DNA of 64,000 nucleotides from the human T2T-CHM13v2.0 reference genome, Homo sapiens: NCBI RefSeq assembly GCF_009914755.1, contig NC_060936.1; one strand, given 5' to 3'. The translations under genes were made by a program, and so were the position numbers. How positions within the stretch are numbered: position 1 is the stretch's first letter; the number at the start of each line of letters is the position of its first letter. The notes beneath the pieces are model-generated. The model made no database searches, had not been told where the DNA came from, and saw nothing but the letters and a program-made list of their open reading frames with translations. This document shows positions 1-10,450 of this stretch, piece after piece.

Positions 1-59
1 TCCAGGCCCCCGTGCCACTGTGGAAGGGCCGGGACGGGCCTGCCCAATGCACTGCAGAT

Positions 60-1964
60 GCCCCGGTGCCCACTCCTCCTACCTCCCCGAGTGTGCCCAC
101 GGTGCCCGCTCCTCCCACCTCCCGAGTGTGCCCACGGTGCCCGCTCCTCCCACCTCCCGAGTGTGCCCACGGTGCCCACTCCTCCCACCTCCCCGAGTGT
201 GCCCACGGTGCCCCTCCTCCCACCTCCCGAGTGTGCCCACGGTGCCCGCTCCTCCCACCTCCCCGAGTGTGCCCACGGTGCCCGCTCCTCCCACCTCCCC
301 GAGTGTGCCCACGGTGCCCACTCCTCCCACCTCCCGAGTGTGCCCACGGTGCCCGCTCCTCCCACCTCCCGAGTGTGCCCCGGTGCCCGCTCCTCCCACC
401 TCCCCGAGTGTGCCCACGGTGCCCGCTACCTCCCACCTCCCGAGTGTGCCCACGGTGCCCACTCCTCCCACCTCTCCGAGTGTGCCCACGGTGCCCACTC
501 CTCCCACCTCCCCGAGTGTGCCCACGGTGCCCACTCCTCCCACCTCCCGAGTGTGCCCACGGTGCCCGCTCCTCCCACCTCCCGAGTGTGCCCACGGTGC
601 CCGCTCCTCCCACCTCCCGAGTATGCCCCGGTGCCCGCTCCTCCCACCTCCCGAGTGTGCCCACGGTGCCCACTCCTCCCACCTCCCCGAGTGTGCCCAC
701 GGTGCCCGCTACCTCCCACCTCCCGAGTGTGCCCACGGTGCCCGCTCCTCCCACCTCCCGAGTGTGCCCCGGTGCCCGCTCCTCCCACCTCCCGAGTGTG
801 CCCACGGTGCCCGCTACCTCCCACCTCCCCGAGTGTGCCCACGGTGCCCGCTACCTCCCACCTCCCGAGTGTGCCCACGGTGCCCGCTACCTCCCACCTC
901 CCGAGTGTGCCCACGGTGCCCACTCCTCCCACCTCCCCGAGTGTGCCCACGGTGCCCGCTCCTCCCACCTCCCGAGTGTGCCCCGGTGCCCGCTCCTCCC
1001 ACCTCCCGAGTGTGCCCACGGTGCCCGCTCCTCCCACCTCCCGAGTGTGCCCACGGTGCCCGCTCCTCCCACCTCCCCGAGTGTGCCCACGGTGCCCGCT
1101 CCTCCCACCTCCCCGAGTGTGCCCACGGTGCCCGCTCCTCCCACCTCCCCGAGTGTGCCCACGGTGCCCGCTCCTCCCACCTCCCGAGTGTGCCCCGGTG
1201 CCCGCTCCTCCCACCTCCCGAGTGTGCCCCGGTGCCCGCTCCTCCCACCTCCCGAGTGTGCCCCGGTGCCCGCTCCTCCCACCTCCCGAGTGTGCCCACG
1301 GTGCCCGCTCCTCCCACCTCCCGAGTGTGCCCCGGTGCCCGCTCCTCCCACCTCCCGAGTGTGCCCCGGTGCCCGCTCCTCCCACCTCCCGAGTGTGCCC
1401 ACGGTGCCCGCTCCTCCCACCTCCCCGAGTGTGCCCACGGTGCCCGCTCCTCCCACCTCCCGAGTGTGCCCCGGTGCCCGCTCCTCCCACCTCCCCGAGT
1501 GTGCCCACGGTGCCCGCTCCTCCCACCTCCCCGAGTGTGCCCACGGTGCCCGCTCCTCCCACCTCCCCGAGTGTGCCCACGGTGCCCGCTCCTCCCACCT
1601 CCCCGAGTGTGCCCACGGTGCCCGCTCCTCCCACCTCCCGAGTGTGCCCCGGTGCCCGCTCCTCCCACCTCCCGAGTGTGCCCCGGTGCCCGCTCCTCCC
1701 ACCTCCCCGAGTGTGCCCACGGTGCCCGCTCCTCCCACCTCCCCGAGTGTGCCCACGGTGCCCGCTCCTCCCACCTCCCGAGTGTGCCCACGGTGCCCGC
1801 TCCTCCCACCTCCCCGAGTGTGCCCACGGTGCCCGCTACCTCCCACCTCCTGAGTGTGCCCACGGTGCCCGCTCCTCCCACCTCCCGAGTGTGCCCACGG
1901 TGCCCGCTCCTCCCACCTCCCCGAGTGTGCCCACGGTGCCCGCTCCTCCCACCTCCCGAGTGTG
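60..1964. repeat. GC-rich minisatellite/VNTR, 34-36 bp unit (CGGTGCCCGCTCCTCCCACCTCC(C)CGAGTGTGCCC(A)), roughly 54 copies
   Basis: Direct tandem copies read from the sequence. The unit has essentially no stop codons in any frame, which explains the seven long ORFs here. Confidence 0.97.
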
Positions 1965-2112
1965 TGGCCAGGCCCACATCTTATGTCTGCGAACCCAGCA
2001 GCACTGAGCCACTATCAATCCCCGATAAATGGCAATCATCGTGAAGCAGCCTTGTGGTCTGGGGTAAATACCAAGGTTCTTGGTCTCATGGCCAAGGAGA
2101 TCGAGGTCGCAG

Positions 2113-2155
2113 ACAGACACACACACACACAGTGAGTTTGGAGCAGAAGTTTAAT
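2113..2155 (-). terminator. Probable DDX51 distal polyadenylation site (ATTAAA, CA cleavage near 2133, GU-rich downstream element)
   Basis: Minus strand reads ATTAAA (2155-2150), cttctgctccaaactCA, then (TG)n: canonical spacing. Implies a ~2.7 kb 3' UTR, consistent with my recollection of DDX51 gene length. Usage not visible from sequence. Confidence 0.65.
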
Positions 2156-2235
2156 AAGCAAAAAGGAAGAAGAGCTCTCCGTTGCAGAGGGGGCCTGAGC
2201 GGGTTGCTAAGTTGTAGTAAAGATGTCAAGGTTTC

Positions 2236-2506
2236 TTTTTTTTCTGTCGCCAGGCTGCAGTGCAGTGGGCTGATCTTGGCCCACTGCAACCTCCACCTCC
2301 CGGGCAAGTGATTCTCCTGCCTCAGCCTCTTGAGTAGTTGGGACTCCAGGCACACGCCACCACGCTCAGCTAAGTTTTGTATTTTTAGTAGAGATGGGGT
2401 TTCACCATGTTGGCCAGGATGGTCTCGATCTCCTGACCTCAGGTGATGCGCCTGCCTCAGCCTCCCAAAGTGCTGGGATTACAGGTGTGAGCCACCGTGC
2501 CCGGCC
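2236..2506 (-). mobile_element. AluS element inserted into the LTR
   Basis: Alu consensus in reverse, with an 11-bp target-site duplication TGTCAAGGTTT at 2224-2234 and 2507-2517. Confidence 0.95.
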
Positions 2507-3284
2507 TGTCAAGGTTTTTACAAATGGGCTAGTGACGAGGGGTTAGAGGAGGGATGTCTTGTCCTCCCAGGGCCCAGGGTTTTAGCTGGGACAAGGTGTG
2601 CTATTTGTATAGAGAGTTTCTGTCAGACTCAGTCTGTGCTGCTCTGTGACACTTTTCTGCGAGGGTCTCTGGGTCTGCTCCCAGACATCTTCTTGGGGTT
2701 ACAGGCACCCCTCAGTCTGCTTTTAGCTTCCCTTAGTGCACCTAAGGGGACGGGAATGTGCTTATTAGGGTCCACTGTTTTACTGGGGCCCATTGTGGAA
2801 GTGTGAAGTTTGGTGATCACCCAGGAGACACCCCCCGCACTCCTGTGCCCGAGCTGTCTCATCTGTGATTCACAGTCTGCTCTTTCTGGCTGCTTGTCGT
2901 GAGAAGTGATTTTGAACCCCGAGGTTAGAAAGGGAGCTATTTTTGAGCTGCTTTTTGTTAAAAGGCAAATTTTCTGCTGGGGACTGGCTTTACCCCGTCT
3001 ACCTAAATCATTTCTTTCTGCCTCCTGTAACAGTCGCCTTTTGTGTTCTGCTGGCATTTGTTTGAACACAGTCCACAGGTTCAGTGGTTGCATCTCTAAT
3101 CAGCTGCCAGTCCCCATCCCAGACATTCTTTGCATCTAAGCTGAGGTCTGAACTGAGTGGGGTGGGCTGGTGTTTCCATCCTCACAACTCCAGTGAGCCG
3201 GGTGTGGCCGTGGCCTGCGTCTCCCTGGCGGTTAGTGATGTTGGCATCATCCACCTTTTTCAAACAAAGCACTGGACTGAGAGA

Positions 3285-3830
3285 ATTCACACACTGTATC
3301 CACCCAGTCCATGGTTTTTAGTAAAAGGTTTATAGAGGTGAGCAGCCATCACCACACACAACCTAAGAACATTTTCATCATCCCCAAAACAAACCCACAC
3401 ACTGGCCACTGTGTCCCCAGCCCCAACCCCCACCAACTCCCGGCCCCGGCACCCTTCAATCTCTGGCTGTGCCTGGGACACTCCCTATAGCCGGAGCCTT
3501 CCTTCAGTTAGCGTCAGGTTCCGGGTTCATCCACGGGGTGCCTATGCTGGTGCCTCACTCCTTTTTCTCTCCTGGTGTGGATTTCCCACGTTTTATTCTC
3601 CATTCATCAGCTGACGGACATGTGGTTTCTAGTTTTTGGCTACTGTGAACAGTGCTGCTGAGAGATTTGTGTACGTTTCTGTGTGGATGTAGGTTTCATT
3701 GATCTGGGGTGTACAAGGTGCATAGGAGAGGAAGTGCTGGGTCATGAGTGACTCTGTGTTTAACGCCCCAAGGCTTTGCCCAGCTGTCTCCACGTGACCT
3801 TCCCACCAGCAATATGTGAGGTGTCCACTG
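3285..3830 (-). mobile_element. Old L1M 3' fragment in the DDX51 3' UTR
   Basis: Diverged L1M 3'UTR-type phrases (CAGCCATCACCAC...AGAACATTTTCATCATCCCC; TTTTGGCTACTGTGAACAGTGCTGCTG). Boundaries approximate. Confidence 0.6.
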
Positions 3831-3866
3831 AACAGTCACAAGGTTCACAAATCTGGGGAGGAGAGC

Positions 3867-4467
<601 letters not shown>

Positions 4468-4814
4468 TGATTTTTAACATTAGCTCAAGGTTAATGCCCC
4501 CAACTCTCAGCAAAAGCATGACGGGTGCCCGCGTCCGTCTGGGAGTACTTTTCACCGTTTTACTAAGGCTTCATTGCCCGCAGCCATCCTGACCTCCACA
4601 CTCTGAAAGTGACAAGCCCTGAAGTCTCCAGTCGGGGCAGGTGCTTGAGCTCTGACGCCCGGGCTGCCTGGCGCAGAGACCACGTGCTTGGGGAGGAAGG
4701 CTGTGTCCACTGGGGGATTCCTTTCCTCACATACAGGATCCAGTGATCAGCACTGCTCTGGAAGGAGGGTCAGGGTGGTGAGCGTTCAGTCCCTCCGGCC
4801 CTCTGAGCCCCAGC

Positions 4815-7800
4815 CTAGGCCGCCCTCTGCTTGCGCTCTTCCTGTGGAGGAAAGGGGAGGGCTCAGCACCACACACTCTGTCCCCTCATCGTCTGTGGGG
4901 CCCCGGGCTCTGCCCCTGGAACCCTGAGGACAGGAAGCCCTGTGCATGCAGAAACCAGGCCCTGGCCCCGCTGACAGCCCTCCCTGGTGCCACGTGTTTC
5001 CACCACTGGTGCCCAGGGGCTCCCCGCCCTTGGGCCAGAAGCTCGAGGACAACCTGTGTGACCCTCTGTTGCCTTCTCGCTTTCCTCTTTTTCCCTCTTT
5101 TCTCCACGTGTGGTGACGACGCCCTCTCTGCAAACGCCCTCCCCAGAGGGTTTCATGCCGGACTCTGGTGCCCTTACCTTGACAGACTCCTCCAGCTGGG
5201 ACAGGGCCTCCTCGTACCGAGGAACCAGCGGCTGCAGCAGCTTGCTGGAGAGCTCGTGCCGCTGCAACTCAGGTGCCCCAGCTTCAGTTAGCATTCGGAG
5301 GAATCTCCTCTCCTGGAGAGAAGCTCATGGTGGAAGGGGGTTCTTGGGCCAGCCCCTTAACACCCACCAACAGCAGAAACTCCCAAGACCCTCGCAGCCT
5401 CACCTGCACTTTCAGGAGCAGTGTGAAGGCCTGTCCAGTTTTCCCAGCGCGAGCTGTCCTCCCAACCCTGGAATCAAACGCAGCTATCTCCAGACTGGCC
5501 CCTGAGCCTTCAAGAGTCTGACGGAACGACAGCTTCTCTCCACACCAACCCCACCCCACGCCAGTCAAGACGGTCCCACATCAACGCCCAGGAGCTCACA
5601 AAGCCCCAGACCCCCCAGTGGCCGCTGCGCCAGCGCTCACCGGTGCACGTAGGTTCTCAGGTACTGGGGGGCGTCGTAGTTCACCACCAGCTCCACACCC
5701 TGCACGTCGATGCCTCGCGCGGTGGCGTCCGTGCTGATGAGCCTGCCGGGACACGCAGCATTGTGGGCCCGACGTGCCAGGAGCAGGGGCCGTGGCAGCA
5801 CCGGCCCTGCGGGGGGCAGCTCAGGCCTTTCTGGGAACTGGCTGCCATGGGGCTGGGGCACAGGAAGCCAATTTGCAGAAGGAAGCACCTTTTAGAGAGC
5901 CCCAGGCTGACCCTGGAGTGGGCACCCCCACCCCACAGAGGCCTTGCCCCTGCCCAGGAACTCACAGCTGGATCTTCCCCTGTTCAAACTGCTTCAGGAT
6001 CATCCTCCTCTGGCCAGGCCCGTAGCGCGAGGAGAACTCAGCCACGTCCACACCCCCAAAAGCTTGCACCAGCAGGAAGAGCCTAGGCAGAGAGAAGGCT
6101 GCGGCCAAGTGATGCTGGGACCAGAGGCCACCTCTGCCACCCCCGCCCAGCCGGGGCCTCACCTGTGGGAGTTCTCTCGGGAGTTAGTGAAGCAGAGAAC
6201 CCTCGAGAAGCCCATCTCCAGGACCAGGTGCAGGACGACCAGCGGCTTAGAGCTGAGGCTGCAGGGCACGTAGTGGTGCTACAGGGACGGCAGGGGGTCG
6301 GGGTGGAGGTGAGGGTTGGTTAGGGGCCCCAGGTTCCCAGTGCAACCCTCTGCCCACACGGTATCCCACTCACCGTGAGCCCAACAGGAAAGGCATACTT
6401 CCCCGAATCCCCGTCCCCATCTGTATCTTCCAGGCCCCTGTGTGCTAGCCCTGTGGAGAAAAGCCGGGGCTGGTGGAGGCCCAGCTGCTGCAGCTTTTCA
6501 GGGTTCTGGGTCAGAGTAGCTGAGAAGAGCAGCTTCTGCAGGGGCATCTGGGGACAGCAGGTGCTGGAAGAGAAGGGGGTGTTGCTGGCACCCTACCAGT
6601 GGCTGCCCCGAACCTCCAGGGAACAGGATTCCTCATGCTACGCACTGTAGAGACTGCCGCAGACCAGGAGCAAGGTGGGTCCAGCTCACGTGACAGTACG
6701 ATGCGGTTCTGTGCACCAGAGCTCAAGCCACCCTTATCTCTGGGCATTAAGGAAGGAGAGCTGTGTGCAGAGGACTCTGCTCAGGGGAGGCCAGCACCTG
6801 GGCGTGCTGCTGGATACCTGGCGGCTGTCACAGCCTGGGCCTGCCTTCGCTGGAGCAGGGCACAGGGGTCCGCGGGGTCCTCGCTCTGGAAGGCGGCCGC
6901 CACCACCCGCGGCAGCCAGGACTGATGCATGCTGTCAATCATCCGGTCAGCCTCGTCGATAATCTGCAGGAGACAGGGAGCCCGGGACTGGGTGGCGCGG
7001 CCCTGAGCTCAAAGCCCAGGCCCCTGGGGCGGGGACCTACCAGGAAGCGGAGCTGCTGGAGGCTGAATCCTGGGGTCTGGTCGATGTGGTCCACCAGGCG
7101 GCCGGGGGTGGCTACCACGATGTCAGCCAAGCAGCGGTACCCATCAGCTCTACAGACCAGAGAGCAGCTCGAGAGAAGGAAGCTTTCTCAAGGGCTTCCG
7201 GATAGCAAGACGCTGCCTCACCCCACAGCCCCGACTCCACCCCACATGGGAAGGGGGCCGGTGGGAGCTCCTCCTCTTCACGGGAACAGGTGGTTAAAGA
7301 TGGTGGCCCCTCCTCTGCTCCCACGGTGCCTCAGGCCACCTGCAGGGCTGAGCAGGGACCCCCTGAAAAACCCGCACCCTGACACAACCTACGTTTTCTG
7401 GACGAGGCTCTCCTGCTCCTTGGCCAGAGACTTCTGTCCCGTAACCAGGGAGACTCTCAGAGGTGTGGCATCTGTGTAGATGTTGAAAACTTTGCTCACC
7501 TGCAGGAGAAGTCTGTCACTGGCCTGGAGGTAGCTGGTGTCCACCTACTGCAGCAAAAAGGACCCCAGATCTAATCTGGGTCCCCCAGGGGCTGATCGCT
7601 GTGCACTCAGCAGGGAAGCTGAGGCGGGCGGTGCCACGCTCCAGGTCTAGGGTCCACATACCTGCCGGGCCAGCTCCTTGGTGGGCAGCACAACCAGGGC
7701 ACGGATGTGGCAGACCACTCTCGAAAGCAGGGCCTGAGGGGGAAGGAGCGCCTGCGTCAGCAAGGCTGTTACCTGTCCTCTGCACACCCGCTGTAGAGAA

Positions 7801-9839
7801 AGGGGACCCTCACACAGACCTGCACCACAGGGATGACGAAGGCCAGTGTCTTCCCACTGCCTGTTGGGGCAGAAACACAGAGGTCGCTAGGCCGGTAGCC
7901 ACCTCTGCCCACCAGAAACCCACAGGCTGCGCTCTCCAGGAGGGCAGGAATCACAGCTGCCTGGACTGGATGAGGAAAGGCGAGAGAGAAGTCGTGTTTA
8001 CGCCTAGGCCTAGGCCTGCCGCTTCCCTGCCTGTGACCTCTGGGCTGGGCTGCTCTGCTGGAGGCCTGGGAACCGCTCCCCAGAGGGATGGCACCAAGGC
8101 CCAGAGGAACGCCAGCCTCAGGAGACCCAAGTGGGAACCATGAGCTTGAGAGTGCTGAGACCACACTTGGCACCGATGTGGCAGGGACGCCTGACCCACG
8201 GCCACTCACAGCCTTGTGTGTGGGTGCCCAGGGAGGTGTTCCCTCAGCTGCCTGCCCGGGGCTGGGGCACCTGGAAAGTAGGACGAGATGCCGTGTGCCC
8301 GCAGCTGCTTCTGCAGGTCAGGATGGACGTCAGGGATGTCCTCGATAGGAACCAGGTCTTCGGTGACATTCCTTCTGACACAGTTAGGCTCAGCCAGCCA
8401 CCTTGGCAGGAAAGGCTGGACCTGCCATCAAAAAGAAAGAGAGGCCAGGTGAGCGCTTTCCAGGCTCTCGCGCAGAAGCCCACGGTGGAAAAAGCTAGGG
8501 GAGGGAGGCTGGGGAAACCTCTGTCGTCTTCAGCTCCTTCTCAGCCCCAGGATGCGCTTTCCATACAGCCTTCAGAAGTTAAACAGTAAAAGCAGATGCC
8601 ACTCCCTGAGCAAACTCACTCTGTAGCCTCCCATCAACCCACAGTGGCACCCACCCTCCCGCAGCCAGGAGGTCCTGTGACCTGGCGCTCGCCTGCCCCA
8701 GCCACGCCGGCGTCCCTGCCTCGAGGCCTCTGCCTGGCACCCCCAACCCCCAACCTTGACCTGGCTTCAAGTCTTTGCATCCCAACTCAAAGAGAACCTC
8801 CTCCACCTGCCCTACCTAAGGTGCCCGAGCACTCTGTCAAACTTCTCGCTTTCTTCACCTGTCTCGCCGGAAATCTCTTTACCGAAAACCACACGTGCTA
8901 AGCAAAAACACCAACGGTCAGGAGCTTGCAGAACGGCCTCTGACTTACTCCTGAGGCGGTGAGCGCACAGCAGGAAACCCCGCACGTTCACGCAAACACA
9001 TCTTGCAGAACTGGCGCGGCGCGGCGGGAGGACAGGGGCAAGCCTAGCAGAGGAAACGGGAGCTCTGCACGTGCAGGATCCAGACCCCTAGGCGATGAAA
9101 CTGCAGACCTGGCAGCGAGGCGCGGCTGTGACCCGGGAACATTCGCTGAACGAAATCTTCCGGGGCGACCGCCGCACTTAAGAATCCGCGCAGCCTACCC
9201 TCTCACGCCGACCACCCTCCCGCCCGCCGAGGCTCACCTTCGGCGCCTTCCTCTTCCCGAACCCCCCCAGCACCAGGCCGGGGACCAGGGGTCCGGCCGC
9301 CTCCTCCAGGGCCGGTCCATCTGGGGCCGCCTCGGCGCTGGCGCTGGTGCTGCGCTCCCCCGGCGCCTCCTCGCTGCTCCCTGCGCTGGGCTCCCCTGGC
9401 GCCTCCTCGCTGCTCCCTGCGCTGGGCTCCCCTGGCGCCTCCTCGTTGCTTTCTGCGAGGCAGACACCCACCCGGCAGCGCGTCAGCACCGAGTCGCCGG
9501 CGCCCCAGAGGGAGCCCGCTCGCCCCGCGGCCCACCTGCGCCCGCGTCCTCGCCGTCCGCCTTCCGTCGCTTTCCCTGCGGCGCCTCCGGGCTCCCCGGC
9601 TCCGCGTCGTTCACCCGCCGCCGCCGCCGGGGCCGCCGTCGCCTCCTGGTCGCCGGCTCGGTCGATGCAGCCGCCTCGGTCTGCGCGGGCTCCCGCTGCT
9701 GCTGCCGTTCGCGGGCCCGGCTCTGCAGCCGCTCGAGCAGCGCGCGGGCCCTGCCGTGCGCCCCGGCCTCCGCGCCCTCCGGCCCCGCCGCAGCTGCCGC
9801 ATCGGGGCCCGGGTACCGCGCGACGTAGAACAGCGCCAT
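4815..9839 (-). CDS. DDX51: ATP-dependent DEAD-box RNA helicase DDX51 (Dbp6-like, 60S/28S rRNA maturation), 15 coding exons, 666 aa
   Basis: Hand-spliced: complement(join(4815..4841,5178..5312,5404..5467,5641..5742,5966..6082,6163..6278,6374..6563,6818..6963,7041..7149,7393..7499,7662..7733,7820..7965,8271..8421,9238..9452,9536..9839)) = 2001 nt, all introns GT-AG, frame continuous. Starts [12 protein letters not shown], ends [11 protein letters not shown]. Motifs: Q (YFPVQ), I (APTGSGKT), Ia (PTKELA), Ib (TPGRL), II (DEAD), III (SAT), V (ARGID), VI (HRVGRTAR). Confidence 0.97.
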
Positions 9840-10450
9840 GGCCAGCCGCACGCCTGGGACTCGGGCGTGGCGCGCTGCGATGACGTCGGCGGCACGCCTG
9901 CGACTCGGGCTCCGCGCAAAAGATGGGGTTGGGGTACGGCGCGTAGAGATGACGTCGGGTTCTACGCGCAGTGGTGACGTCACGGGAGCGCCGGCGGCTG
10001 AGAATCCGCGTTGTTCCGTGTTGGGGGCGGCATGGAGCGGGAGCCGGGCGCCGCGGGAGTTCGCCGGGCTCTGGGCCGCCGGCTGGAGGCGGTGCTGGCG
10101 AGCCGCAGTGAGGCCAACGCCGTGTTCGACATCCTGGCCGTGCTGCAGGTGGGCCTGGCGGCGTCGCAGGGCCGGAGTCGCGGCACGGGAGCGGGACTTG
10201 AATGGGGGGCTGCGGCGGCAGGTCCCCAGGAGGTTCCGAGACGGCGTTGGGGGGTCAGGGTGGGAGGCGTGTGGGTCACGGGTCGGGGGTGACGGGGCTG
10301 GCGTCCCGAGGGGGAAGGGAACGGGTTGGGGGCAGCCTAGGCAGGGGCGAAGGTGACAGTTGGCGGCCGGGCACCCTGCCGCCGCCTCTCCTGCAGTCTG
10401 AGGACCAGGAGGAGATCCAGGAAGCAGTCCGCACGTGCAGCCGTCTTTTC
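9000..10450. promoter_or_regulatory. CpG island / bidirectional promoter shared by DDX51 and NOC4L
   Basis: Very CpG-dense. The divergent ATGs at 9839 (-) and 10032 (+) are 192 bp apart. Full CRE TGACGTCA at 9975-9982 and TGACGTCG at 9881-9888 and 9950-9957. Island edges approximate. Confidence 0.9.
9354..9445 (-). repeat. Coding 36-bp tandem repeat in DDX51 exon 2 ([12 protein letters not shown], ~2.5 copies)
   Basis: GCCTCCTCG recurs at 9365, 9401 and 9437 (period 36); in frame. Confidence 0.9.

Larger units (their letters stand above)
2053..3032 (-). mobile_element. Solo ERV1-class LTR (MER61/LTR9-like), interrupted by an Alu
   Basis: Minus strand starts TGTTACAGGAGGCAGAAAGAAATGATTTAGG...CCTTTTAACAAAAAGCAGC and ends in CA, with ATTAAA ~100 bp before the end, as expected for an R/U5 boundary. 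Subfamily from memory only. Confidence 0.65.

Noticed and set aside
12-2044. Seven long ORFs (up to 674 aa) on both strands
   Set aside because: All are translations of a stop-free 34-36 bp VNTR, open in every frame, with no domain or splice context.
9840-9983. In-frame N-terminal extension of DDX51 (ORF 9483..9983)
   Set aside because: Starts at a GTG inside the CRE/promoter, probably upstream of the TSS; an open frame is expected at this GC content.
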